Assembly: GCA_965215565.1 (NCBI GenBank)
Contig: CBDCDZ010000004.1
Span: 736,001 to 800,000, forward strand
Length of the DNA: 64,000 nucleotides
Source of the DNA: Trueperaceae bacterium
Lineage (GTDB): Bacteria > Deinococcota > Deinococci > Deinococcales > Trueperaceae
Reading direction: 5' to 3'
Part shown: positions 50,397-59,726 of the stretch, piece by piece
How the letters are laid out: each line of letters begins with the position of its first letter
Numbering within the stretch: position 1 is the first letter of the stretch
The notes under the pieces: generated by a model
Database searches by the model: none
What the model saw: the letters and a program-made list of their open reading frames with translations, nothing else
Told to the model about the DNA's origin: nothing
Program-made: the position numbers and the translations under genes

Positions 50397-50879
50397 TTAG
50401 TTCTCTCTAGGAGCGTGCGTCACCTCAGTTAGCGTCTGCGTGAGCGTCCGTAAAAACAAGAGCACCGCTCCACGTTCAGCGTCGCTCATGGCGTCGGTCT
50501 CGCGCTTGACCGTCTCCAAGATGGTATAGAACTCCCCCACTGCCTGCTCCGACTGTGGCACGTAGTGAATCATGATGCTGCGCCGGTCCGTGGGGTGCGG
50601 CTCACGCCGGACGAACCCGTGCGCCTCCAAGCGGTCTACGAGCGTCGTCATCGCGCCCGAGGTCAAGCTAACACGCTTTCTAAGCTCGCCTAAAACGAGC
50701 GGACCGTCAAGCCGCAAGTGTTGCATCGCCACCATCTCCGACGGGTTGAGCTTGGTGTCACTCGCGATTTTGGTGCTCATAGAGAGTATTGCCGCACTAA
50801 GACGCATGAAGGCTTCTTGAACTGGCTCGAGCCTAAAGTTTGATTCTCTAGTATCTTGATTTTCGTTCTTCTTTACCAT
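50397..50879 (-). CDS. MarR-family transcriptional regulator
   Basis: LTSGAMTTLVDRLEAHGFVRREPHPTDRRS; likely start at ATG 50879. Confidence 0.88.
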   Translation of the reverse strand: MVKKNENQDTRESNFRLEPVQEAFMRLSAAILSMSTKIASDTKLNPSEMVAMQHLRLDGPLVLGELRKRVSLTSGAMTTLVDRLEAHGFVRREPHPTDRRSIMIHYVPQSEQAVGEFYTILETVKRETDAMSDAERGAVLLFLRTLTQTLTEVTHAPREN

Positions 50880-50995
50880 ATAGTTAGTATAGCTCAGAGA
50901 GGAGTGGCCTATGGTGTGTTCTTCGGTGGTTAGGTGAGTCAAATTTATTTGCGACGCGAAACTCTCAACATAGAGGAGAACTACGCTCACCTTCG

Positions 50996-51130
50996 TAGCA
51001 GTTCCAGAACATACTGAGACGGATGAGCGCAGATCTCAGTTCGAAGGACTAGCGGGATTTCATCCCAGAATGTGCGTGCTGGACGATGTTCTAAAAAGTG
51101 AGAGCGTCTCTGACCAGATGATACCTGCTA
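50996..51130 (+). mobile_element. MITE family A, copy 3
   Basis: TAGCAGTTCCAGAACATACTGAGAC...GACCAGATGATACCTGCTA. Confidence 0.8.
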
Positions 51131-51170
51131 TCGGTTGTTTCTCAATCTCTCGGCGTAAGGAGCATAGAAC

Positions 51171-51956
51171 ATGAACGAAAAAGCTAAGCAAATTCTGACC
51201 CTCGTCGCCACCTTCTTCGGCGTGCTCGCCCCCTCCCTCACTTCGCTCACACCAAGTAGCTCGAGTACCGGCGAAATTTCAGGGCGATACTTTAGAGACG
51301 TATTCATCGTCCCCGCAGATTACGCCTTCGTCATCTGGGCACCTATCTATTTAGGTTTACTCGCTTTCGCGGTGTATCAAGCCCTACCTGCGCAGCGGCA
51401 CAACCCGCGCATTGCTAAAACGCGCCTCTGGCTAATCGTAAGTGCGCTCCTCAACACCGCTTGGATCACCGCCTTTGACAACCTCTTCTTCGCCCTCTCA
51501 CTCGTCATCATCGTAGGAATGCTCATCACCGCGCTCGTCATGCACCGCACGCTAGAGATTGGTCGAACGCAGGTATATGGGCTCGAGCGCTGGCTCCGTA
51601 TCCCTTTTAGCCTCTATGCGGGCTGGCTCACCGTCGCCACTATCGTCAACGCGGCAGGCGTGCTCGTGGTGAGGGACTGGGGCGGTCTCCCCTACTTCTA
51701 TCCGGTGTGGGGTGTCGCGACGCTGCTAGTCGCCGCTTTCATCGGTCTCTACACCCGCTTCTACTGGCGTGACCCCGTGTACGGCGGCGTTTTTGTGTGG
51801 GCACTTCTTGCTGTCGCTCTTAAAACGGATCAACCTCTTGTCATTGTCGTGACCTCGAGCGTTTTGGCGCTCCTCTTTTTGCTCTCGCTCTTTCCCGGTG
51901 CGTTTAACGTGCTCAAGGTGGGAGGTGGAGGCTCGAGGCAGACAGCCTCGCAGTAA
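51171..51956 (+). CDS. TspO/MBR-like tryptophan-rich membrane protein
   Basis: PADYAFVIWAPIY, LNTAW, FSLYAGWLTVATIVN; multiple TM helices; AAGGAG RBS. Confidence 0.75.
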   Translation: MNEKAKQILTLVATFFGVLAPSLTSLTPSSSSTGEISGRYFRDVFIVPADYAFVIWAPIYLGLLAFAVYQALPAQRHNPRIAKTRLWLIVSALLNTAWITAFDNLFFALSLVIIVGMLITALVMHRTLEIGRTQVYGLERWLRIPFSLYAGWLTVATIVNAAGVLVVRDWGGLPYFYPVWGVATLLVAAFIGLYTRFYWRDPVYGGVFVWALLAVALKTDQPLVIVVTSSVLALLFLLSLFPGAFNVLKVGGGGSRQTASQ

Positions 51957-51966
51957 CCCCTGACTT

Positions 51967-52081
51967 GGTAGTGGTTTTAAGTCGAATGTCGCTACAAGCT
52001 TCTTCCGCCATTTGCCCATGATGAACAAGGGGTTGCAACCCCTTGTTCATCCTCTGCGTCATTCTGAGTAAAGCCACTACC
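51967..52081 (-). repeat. MITE/REP-like family B, copy 2
   Basis: GGTAGTGG...CCACTACC ends; 32-bp perfect palindrome at 52020-52051; reverse-complement homologue of 26341-26455. Confidence 0.75.
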
Positions 52082-52088
52082 CTTGCCT

Positions 52089-52661
52089 TCATTTGGCACG
52101 CTCTCCCCGCGCCGCTAGCTCTGCCGTTCTCTCTATCCGCGCTCGCCTCGTCTCGTCGCGCTTGGCGGTTTTAACCCAGAGGAGAATCTGCTTTTTGGAA
52201 CCGTCCGAAAACGCGCTGAAATTCTCCAAAGCCAGGTCACGCTCCCGCAGCGCGTCCATGAGGTCATCGGGAATTTCCAAGTTTTCCACCGAATCTAAAA
52301 AGGTCCACGAGCCGTCCGCTTTTGCCCTATCGATCTTCGCCTGCCCCGCCGGGGTCATCTTGCCGTCCGCGATGAGGTGAACAAGGCGCGCCTTGTTCAC
52401 CTTCGACCAGACGCTGCCCGCTTTACGTGGGGTAAAAATCTGCTTGTAGCGCGCTTCGTCTACGCGGTTCACCTTGGAGTCTATCCAGCCGTAGCAAAGC
52501 GCCTCTTCCACCGCCTCGTCCCAGGTGACGCTCGGCGCGCCGCTGCCCTTCTTATAGTAGACGAGCCAGACGCCGAGGCTTACCGCGTGGTTTTCACGTA
52601 GCCATTCACGCCAGGCGGTCTGGTTGGCGGCGTAGACCTCTTCGAAGTCGTTAAGGCTCAT
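52089..52661 (-). CDS. YdeI/OmpD-associated family protein
   Basis: WREWLRENH, EEALCYGWIDS, TPRKAGSVWSKVNK, AKRDETRRARI. Confidence 0.88.
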   Translation of the reverse strand: MSLNDFEEVYAANQTAWREWLRENHAVSLGVWLVYYKKGSGAPSVTWDEAVEEALCYGWIDSKVNRVDEARYKQIFTPRKAGSVWSKVNKARLVHLIADGKMTPAGQAKIDRAKADGSWTFLDSVENLEIPDDLMDALRERDLALENFSAFSDGSKKQILLWVKTAKRDETRRARIERTAELAARGERAK

Positions 52662-52762
52662 CCTTTCATCCTTGGATACGCACTTTAGCACGTGCGCCAC
52701 GTCTCGGAATGAGCGCGACACGCCCCTAACACCGCCCTTAGATTTGCGGTAGCATAGACCTC

Positions 52763-53932
52763 TTGCGCGTTCTCATCTTCCTCCTCCTCTCGAGCCTCGC
52801 TAGCGCCCAACCCGCTGAGCCCGTGGCTGATGCCGCCTTCCAGCCCGGTCTCTCGTTTGGTCCTGTGCTCCGCTTCGGGGCATTTGACGACTTTTCGGTG
52901 GGGCTCGAGCTGCGCGGTGTGACGGTCTATGGTGAGCGTATTACGACGACGCTCGCGGCGGGTCCCAACCCGGAGGGACAGCTCGCGAGCGCGGGCCTAC
53001 TCTACGAGCAGCCTTTTCTTGATCTCTCCTTCGGTGAGGACGCTACGCTGAGCTTTTTTGCCCGCTCGAGCTTCGCGCAGAGCTATCCTCTAGTGCTGGA
53101 CGCCGAACCGGACGCACCCGGCTCAGAGCCGGAAACGCGGCCCTTTACCGAACGCCTCAACGAGTTAGGGCTAGGGCTAGCGCAACCCTTTGGCGAGATT
53201 GAGGTGGGCGTGGAGGGGCGCGTCGTGGGTTCGGAGGCGTTTTTAGAGAGGCGCGGTGCGCCTGGAGACACCAGAGATGACGCGGGACGCGAACTGCTCC
53301 CCTCGAATTCGCTGAGCGCGGTTGTCGAGGTCAGCGCGCGCTACGAAGGTGTTGCAGAAAACACGCCCGTGCCACCTTCAGGCGGCGCGGCGTCGCTCAG
53401 CTTTGGCTACGGACTCGGACGCTCTAGCGCGCCGCTCTCGTGGGCGCAGGTCCAGTTAGGGGGGCGCGGCTATCTCACGCTAGATGACCTCTTGGGTATT
53501 CAGAGCGCAGACGGAGGGACGCCGAGCGTTACACTCGCGAGCCGAGCGAACGCGGGCGCGAACTTAGGGCGAGCCCCCGCGTGGCGACGCCTCGCTCCGA
53601 CGCTGCGCGGCTACGACGCCTTCGACCTCGTCGGTCAGCGCTACGTTGACCTCTCGCTCGACTTGCGCCTCTACACAGGCTTAGACGCGGCGCTAGGCGG
53701 ACCCTCGTATCTGCGCGGCGTGACCCCGTATGGCTTCGTGGACGTGGGCAACGCTTGGGGCGACGAAAGTGCGAGCTACCGCGCGCCCGGCATAGGCGAG
53801 GGGGTACGGATTGGCTTCGGGGCAGGTTTGCAACTCGATTTAGAGACCCAGTACTTCAGGCTGCCGCTCAACCTCTGGTACGCGCGCGGAGCGAGGGGCA
53901 AGGTGGGGTTCGCGCTCGAGTACCCTTATTAG
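52763..53932 (+). CDS. BamA/TamA (Omp85)-like outer-membrane beta-barrel without evident POTRA domains
   Basis: Signal peptide; LRGYD, FVDVGNAW, GFGAGL; aromatic C-terminus. Confidence 0.6.
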   Translation: MRVLIFLLLSSLASAQPAEPVADAAFQPGLSFGPVLRFGAFDDFSVGLELRGVTVYGERITTTLAAGPNPEGQLASAGLLYEQPFLDLSFGEDATLSFFARSSFAQSYPLVLDAEPDAPGSEPETRPFTERLNELGLGLAQPFGEIEVGVEGRVVGSEAFLERRGAPGDTRDDAGRELLPSNSLSAVVEVSARYEGVAENTPVPPSGGAASLSFGYGLGRSSAPLSWAQVQLGGRGYLTLDDLLGIQSADGGTPSVTLASRANAGANLGRAPAWRRLAPTLRGYDAFDLVGQRYVDLSLDLRLYTGLDAALGGPSYLRGVTPYGFVDVGNAWGDESASYRAPGIGEGVRIGFGAGLQLDLETQYFRLPLNLWYARGARGKVGFALEYPY

Positions 53933-53992
53933 CGCCCTAGTTTAAGCACGCCGCCACACCTTTTAGGCGAGCGTATAGGGGTACACTTTAGC

Positions 53993-55531
53993 GTGCCAGA
54001 CTACGACGTGATCACCATTGGCGCGGGACATAACGCGCTCATCTCGAGCGCCTACCTCGCGCAAGCGGGCTACAAAGTGGGCGTGTTCGAGCGGCGCGAT
54101 ATCGTCGGCGGCGCGGTCTCGACTAAGGAGATGGTCCCCGGCTACAAGTTCGACTTGGGCGGCAGCGCGCACATCCTCATCCGCCTGACGCCTATCGTCG
54201 AGGAGTTGGGGCTTGAAAAGTACGGGCTCGAGTACATCGACATCGACCCGCTCTTCTTCGCGCCCTACCCGGACGGCGACAGCGTCTTTTTCTACCGCAG
54301 CGAAGAGAAAACGATTGAGCATCTCGAGCAGAAGTTTCCCGGCGAGGGCGAAGCGTATAAGCGCTTCATGGACGAGTGGCGTCCCTTCTCGCAGGTGGTT
54401 AAAGACCTCTTCCTGAGCACGCCGAGTCCCTTCAACCTGGGCAAAAAGATGATGTTCGGCAAAGCCATCCAGGGCGACTGGAAAGACGCTTTGCCAAAAA
54501 TTTTGAAGCCGTATGGCGACATCGTGGACGACTACTTTTCTGAAGAGAAGGTCAAGACGCCCCTGGTGTGGATGGCAGCGCAGTCGGGTCCGCCACCCTC
54601 CGAGCCGATGACCTCGCCCTTTTTACTGTGGCATCCCTTGTACCACGAAGGGGGCATGGCGCGTCCCAAGGGCGGCTCGGGGATGCTCACACAGGCGCTC
54701 AAGAACCACATCGAGGCGCACGGCGGCGAAGTCTTTACGAATGCGCCCGTCGAGGAGATTTTAGTCGAAGGGAAGCGGGCAGTGGGCGTCAAGGTAGACG
54801 GACAGACCTACACCGCCCGCACCGTGATGGCGGGCGCACACGCGCTAGAGACGTTCGGCAAGCTCCTGCCCGAAGAACACCGCCCTAAAGGTGCTAAGAA
54901 TATGCGCGTCGGCAACGGCTTCGGGGCGATCTTACGCCTCGCGCTCGATAAGCCCATCCGCTATCCCGCCCACCCCGGCAACGAGGCGCGACGGGCGCTG
55001 CAACTCGTCTGCCGCGACCGCAAACAGCTCTCCGCCGCCTACGGCGACTACCTGGCAGGGCGTCCCGCCACGGACCCGCCCATCGTCGCCATGAGTTTCA
55101 GCGCGGTGGACGACACGCTCGCGCCGCCCGGCGGCGAGGTCTTGTGGCTGTGGGCGCAGTACTTCCCCTACGAACTCGCGAACGGCGCAACTTGGGACGA
55201 GGTGCAAGAAGAGGTGGCGGAGCGCATTTTAGATACCTTCGAGTGTTACGCGCCAGGCACCAAAGAGAGCGTCGTCGGCGGGCTCTTTCAGCACCCGGAG
55301 TGGCTGGAGCGCAACTTAGGGCTCTACCGGGGCAACGTCATGCACTTAGAGATGAGCCTAGACCAGATGTTCGCGTTGCGCCCCTTTTTAGGCATGGCGG
55401 AATACAAGACGCACCTCAAGGGGCTCTATTTGACGGGCGCGAGCACGCATCCGGGCGGCGGCATCATGGGCGCGTCGGGGCGCAACGCGGCGCGGGTGCT
55501 CCTCAAAGATTTGGACAGGCGCAGAGTTTAA
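53993..55531 (+). CDS. crtO: Carotenoid ketolase CrtO (phytoene desaturase family)
   Basis: [65 protein letters not shown], as in Deinococcus CrtO. Confidence 0.85.
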   Translation: MPDYDVITIGAGHNALISSAYLAQAGYKVGVFERRDIVGGAVSTKEMVPGYKFDLGGSAHILIRLTPIVEELGLEKYGLEYIDIDPLFFAPYPDGDSVFFYRSEEKTIEHLEQKFPGEGEAYKRFMDEWRPFSQVVKDLFLSTPSPFNLGKKMMFGKAIQGDWKDALPKILKPYGDIVDDYFSEEKVKTPLVWMAAQSGPPPSEPMTSPFLLWHPLYHEGGMARPKGGSGMLTQALKNHIEAHGGEVFTNAPVEEILVEGKRAVGVKVDGQTYTARTVMAGAHALETFGKLLPEEHRPKGAKNMRVGNGFGAILRLALDKPIRYPAHPGNEARRALQLVCRDRKQLSAAYGDYLAGRPATDPPIVAMSFSAVDDTLAPPGGEVLWLWAQYFPYELANGATWDEVQEEVAERILDTFECYAPGTKESVVGGLFQHPEWLERNLGLYRGNVMHLEMSLDQMFALRPFLGMAEYKTHLKGLYLTGASTHPGGGIMGASGRNAARVLLKDLDRRRV

Positions 55532-55582
55532 TTTTATGGTTTTTAGCATACAAGGGGCGCGCGCTTTTTGTATGCTAACTTC

Positions 55583-56089
55583 ATGATTCGAACCGCTATC
55601 TTGACCTCGAGCGACAAGGGCGCGAAGGGCGAACGCGCCGACACCTCCGCCCTGGAAATTCGCAAGCTCTTAGCCACCGGCCCCTTCACCGAGGTAGACT
55701 ACCAGGTCGTCCCCGATGAGCAAGCCGTGATCCGCTCTAAACTGCGCGTCTGGTCAGAGTCGGACGCGGTCGACCTCATTTTGACCACGGGCGGCACGGG
55801 CTTAGCGCTCCGCGACCGAACACCGGACGCGACGTTGGAGGTCATCGAGCGCAGCGTGCCGGGCTTACCCGAGCTGATGCGCCTCACCGGGATGCAGCAA
55901 AACCGCAAGGCGGCGCTCTCGAGGGGCGTCGCAGGTGTACGCCGCCAGACCTTGATCGTCAACCTGCCGGGCAGCCCGAAAGGGGCGCAAGAATCATTAG
56001 AAGCGATCATCGACATCTTGCCGCACGCCGTCGACCTCATTAAAGGCAATAAGCGCAGCGAGCTGAGCGCGCCGCAGGATTGGCATTAA
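55583..56089 (+). CDS. MogA/MoaB molybdenum cofactor biosynthesis protein
   Basis: SSDK, TTGGTGLALRDRTPDAT, SRGVAG, NLPGSPKG. Confidence 0.92.
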   Translation: MIRTAILTSSDKGAKGERADTSALEIRKLLATGPFTEVDYQVVPDEQAVIRSKLRVWSESDAVDLILTTGGTGLALRDRTPDATLEVIERSVPGLPELMRLTGMQQNRKAALSRGVAGVRRQTLIVNLPGSPKGAQESLEAIIDILPHAVDLIKGNKRSELSAPQDWH

Positions 56090-56090
56090 G

Positions 56091-56189
56091 GAGCAATGAG
56101 TTAAAAGCAACCCAGTCGAGCTGGGCGAACGGTGAGCAACGAGTCTGAAGGTTGTCAACTTTCAACTCATTGCTCGTTGCTCATTGCTC
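56091..56189. repeat. Heptamer-repeat hairpin carrying a 22-bp insert (56111-56132)
   Basis: GAGCAATGAG...TGAGCAACGAG...CTCATTGCTCGTTGCTCATTGCTC. Confidence 0.65.
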
Positions 56190-56257
56190 TCTAAAAAGAT
56201 TCTCCGCTCTACCTCTCCTAGTAGACACCCGGCCGCTGCATCTGCCATGCTGGGCGC

Positions 56258-56740
56258 ATGGACATCCTCGCAGCGGTCATCTTTATCCTCTTCTATCTTG
56301 TGAGCATCGTAGGTATCATTCTGCCGGTTGTACCGGGGATTCCGCTCGCGGCGCTCGGCGCGCTCCTGGCGGGCTGGATGACGGGGTTCGAGCAAATTAC
56401 GGTCTCCGCTGTCGTCATCGTCACTGCGTTCGCTGTGCTCGCGCAAATCATCGAGTACGTCGCGGGCGTGGTTGGGGCGCGGCGCTACGGGGCGAGTCAA
56501 GCGGGGGTGTGGGGCAGCGTCATCGGCTCGGTGGTGGGCATCTTCTTCTTTCCGCCTTTCGGCTTCTTGATCGGCGCGGTGGTGGGCGCGGTCGGCGCGG
56601 AACTTCTCTATAAGCGGACCTTCAAGGAGGCGCTTCGCTCGGGCTTGGGCGCATTTGTAGGTACGCTCGGCGGCGTGTTCGCCAAAATATTCATCGTCAT
56701 CGCGATTGGCATCACGGTATTTCCCAGATTTTTCTCGTGA
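56258..56740 (+). CDS. DUF456-family membrane protein
   Basis: GIILPVVPG, GARRYGASQAGVWGSVIG, GAVGAEL. Confidence 0.85.
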   Translation: MDILAAVIFILFYLVSIVGIILPVVPGIPLAALGALLAGWMTGFEQITVSAVVIVTAFAVLAQIIEYVAGVVGARRYGASQAGVWGSVIGSVVGIFFFPPFGFLIGAVVGAVGAELLYKRTFKEALRSGLGAFVGTLGGVFAKIFIVIAIGITVFPRFFS

Positions 56741-56885
56741 ACGGCGCTGTTTGTGCGTTTGTCAGAATTTTGTCAGACCCCTTGTCCTAAAGTACGTTCA
56801 GGCAGGGCGACACCGTGAACCATCGTCCATCACACCGTACATCACCTAAGCCCTGCCTCTCCTCTCTCCCCCCTACTCCCCTGTC

Positions 56886-57072
56886 ATACGGAATCCGTAT
56901 CTTTATTCCTACTCGCAGGAGAGTCCTCAACCGGGCGTATCATGCCGTTATCAACACGCTGCGTTTATGACCAGATGCGTCGCGCGTGGACCGCTCCCAC
57001 TAGACCTGCTGCTAAAGGCTCTTTTCCGCTCGGATTGATTCGCTAACATAGCGAATCAATCGGAATCCGTAT
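56886..57072. repeat. Family C repeat (Deinococcus SNR-like)
   Basis: ATACGGAATCCG...CCGCTCGGATTGATTCGCTA-ACA-TAGCGAATCAATCGGAATCCGTAT; shares blocks with 33153-33537 and 43584-43628. Confidence 0.7.
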
Positions 57073-57168
57073 GAGTAGGGCTTTTCTTTTGCCTCCTCTG
57101 CTCTTTAGCTTCCACTACAGAAGCCTCCACTACAGAGGGAAGTAGGCGGCGTCTCCTATTCTTTTAGG

Positions 57169-57411
57169 ATGACCAAGTCCCCTACGTCAGACATGTCTGA
57201 GCAAATAGAATCCGAAAGAGCTTCGCAAGAGGAGTTCGAGCGTGAGGTCAAGCGGATGCAGAGCCTCATCGCGCAGGTTCAGCTTCGCGCGTCACAACTC
57301 AAGGAAGTCGAAGGTGTGCCCGGCGAAGCCGCCAAGAAGGTAGAAGAGGTCGAGGAGCTTTTAGAGCAAGCGGAGGAACTGTTGGAGGAGGCAGAAGAAC
57401 TTCAGAAGTAA
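57169..57411 (+). CDS. Small acidic coiled-coil hypothetical protein
   Basis: 80-aa Glu-rich helical ORF with genome-typical codons. Confidence 0.6.
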   Translation: MTKSPTSDMSEQIESERASQEEFEREVKRMQSLIAQVQLRASQLKEVEGVPGEAAKKVEEVEELLEQAEELLEEAEELQK

Positions 57412-57857
57412 TCACCGGAATCTATATGGCGATGTGGCTCACAAGTTGCTCTCTCCCTCCACAACAGACTGATCGAGAGGTGTTTCTCGAGCCTTTGCAC
57501 CCATCTTTTTGACCTTTTGTCCTAACACAACGCTTCGCGGTGCAACGTGAGCTATTCCTCTTTGGTATGGTTCTCGCAAGGCTTTGCTGGGTGGCATCGC
57601 CTTCAGAACCCCGGCTTGACCGGGGTCTTTTGGTGTAAGAATCGCGTAATAATACGAGGTTGCACGGCATAGTTTGCAAAACTATGCCGTACCCATCTGT
57701 GATGGTAAGCTCTAACGCCCTTGGCAAGAGTAAGTAAACCGTGCAATTCCGTATAAGTACTTCGGCCTCAATAATCTAAACTATCTCGAGGAAGTTTTTG
57801 CGCTTAAAATGAACTTCGTTGACATTCTCTAATTTAGATTATTTCAATGCACCTACT

Positions 57858-58117
57858 TAGCAGTTCCAAAATATACTGAGACAGAGTGCCGCTTTCTAAA
57901 AGCCCGCAGGGACGAAGTTTTGCCTTTCGCCTTGTCGCTTCGCTGTCGCACACGCTCCCACTAGCCACTAGGCGAAAATTTCATAACCGGCAAGGGTATC
58001 ATCTCCGAAAGTGGGTGCTCATCAATGTTCTCTACAATGAAAGTGTTTCAGACCAGATGAAGTCGCGTGGTCCCGCCCTCACGCATGGCGCGTTCCCGCT
58101 AGCCGCTAGACCTGCTA
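57858..58117 (+). mobile_element. MITE family A, copy 4 (expanded by nested inserts)
   Basis: Same ends and core as the other copies, plus about 100-bp and about 50-bp extra segments. Confidence 0.75.
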
Positions 58118-58151
58118 TAGGAATAAGGTGAGCGCTTCTCGGCTCAACAGA

Positions 58152-58880
58152 TTAGGTGCTGAGTGACGCCACTCGCGCCTCGAGTTGTTCCTCATCCGTA
58201 AGGTCTAGGCGCAAGGGCGTCAGCGATACGAAGCCCTGCTCGAACGCCCAGCGGTCTGTGCCCTCTTCGGCTCCGGTGAGCGGCTTGGCGGCGAACCAAA
58301 AGTGCTCGCGCCCCATCGGATCTTTTCCCGGCACGACGTCGCCTTCGTAGTGCCGCACCGATTGGCGCGTCCAGCGTAGACCACGCGGCGAGGTGGGCAA
58401 GTTGACATTCACGAGGCTGAGTGAATCGTCAGCGAGAAACAGCTTCAACACCTCCGCGACATAGGGTTTGAGTGCGTCATAGTCGGGTGCTGCGCCGTCA
58501 AATGGGGCGCTGAACGCGATCGACGGGATGTTCAGAAAAGCCGCTTGCTTAGCCGCCGCCACCGTTCCCGAATGCCAAACGCTGTTGCCCAGATTCGTCC
58601 CCAAGTTAATACCCGAGAGCACCAAATCCACAGTGTCCCACCCGTACACGCCCAAGGCGACACAATCCGCCGGCGTGCCGTCGACACGGTAGCCCTCGAA
58701 AGGACCGATAGGTGTCGTTTGATAGTGCAGTGGACGCAAGATGGTGATGGCGTGACCCACTCCTGACTGCTCGGCGGCGGGCGCGACGATGCGCACGTCG
58801 CCGAAGTCGGCGGCGACGTCAGCGAGCGCGCGGATGCCGGGGCTATAGATGCCGTCGTCGTTAGAAACGAGAATGCGCAT
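58152..58880 (-). CDS. surE: 5'/3'-nucleotidase SurE
   Basis: MRILVSNDDG, GTPADCV, SGINLGTN, SGTVAAA, SLTPL. Confidence 0.95.
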   Translation of the reverse strand: MRILVSNDDGIYSPGIRALADVAADFGDVRIVAPAAEQSGVGHAITILRPLHYQTTPIGPFEGYRVDGTPADCVALGVYGWDTVDLVLSGINLGTNLGNSVWHSGTVAAAKQAAFLNIPSIAFSAPFDGAAPDYDALKPYVAEVLKLFLADDSLSLVNVNLPTSPRGLRWTRQSVRHYEGDVVPGKDPMGREHFWFAAKPLTGAEEGTDRWAFEQGFVSLTPLRLDLTDEEQLEARVASLST

Positions 58881-59060
58881 GGGGCAGTATAACGTAGACG
58901 TTTCGGTAGGGCTAAGGGCGTTTCTGCGCGGTACAGTTTTCTGTGCAGTGCAGTTTGGGAACGCGGCGGTGAAGAGGATGAGGTGGGGTTAGGCACCTCA
59001 TCCCTGAGCTATCCAACCGCACCTACAACAAAACCTCCCGCTATCGACACTAGTACTATC

Positions 59061-59603
59061 TTACTGCGACGTTTCGGGGTCTCGGTTCTCCGTTGTGCGC
59101 TTGTCTAGCCTGCGCCGCAAGATGCTGATCGACCACGCACAGACCGCGATGGTAAAGGTGAGAATACCTAACTCGCCTAGAAACACGATAGGAAGCTCTT
59201 CGCCTGAGCTTATGTATTCAGCGCTCTCCGCGCTGATGACCAGAAGCCTGCGCACGCTCGCGATGATGCCAACCACTAAAAACGGGACCGGGTTAAAGAC
59301 GCCGTCGCTCAAAAACGAGCTGACTGTCCCGATGATCTCGGCGATCATCAAAGCCAAGAGGATGTCCGACAACACGGTGGTGAGCGAATACTCGGCGCTG
59401 CCCGTGACGCCGTGCCAGAGTTCCACGCCGCTCTTCCACAAGATGAGCGCCGACGCGACGATGAGCATCGCGACGACCGCCATGACGATAACGCGCTCAG
59501 CGAACTCGTTCGCCTGAATGAGCCGCCGCGTGCCGCCGCTGCGCTCTTTCTCTTTGCGCAGCGACTTTCCTACGTTTGTGCGGTTGTCGGAAGTGTCAGC
59601 CAT
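59061..59603 (-). CDS. PsiE-family membrane protein
   Basis: 4 TM helices; LMIAEII, PFLVVGIIASVRRLL. Confidence 0.8.
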   Translation of the reverse strand: MADTSDNRTNVGKSLRKEKERSGGTRRLIQANEFAERVIVMAVVAMLIVASALILWKSGVELWHGVTGSAEYSLTTVLSDILLALMIAEIIGTVSSFLSDGVFNPVPFLVVGIIASVRRLLVISAESAEYISSGEELPIVFLGELGILTFTIAVCAWSISILRRRLDKRTTENRDPETSQ

Positions 59604-59726
59604 GAGCTAAGCGTAGCGGAAACGGCGCGACCAAACTGCAAGAGAAGGTGACATTGAACACATCAGCCTAAACGCGCCTTTCGAAACCTCTCTCAAGAAC
59701 CATCACGTCTCGTCCCGCCGCGAAGC

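Noticed and set aside
57430..57700. c-di-GMP riboswitch or another MITE (GTGCAAC/GTTGCAC IR; GCATAGTTTGCAAAACTATGC palindrome)
   Set aside because: Only vague GCAAA-type matches, a single copy in the window and no downstream gene; not supportable without a covariance-model scan
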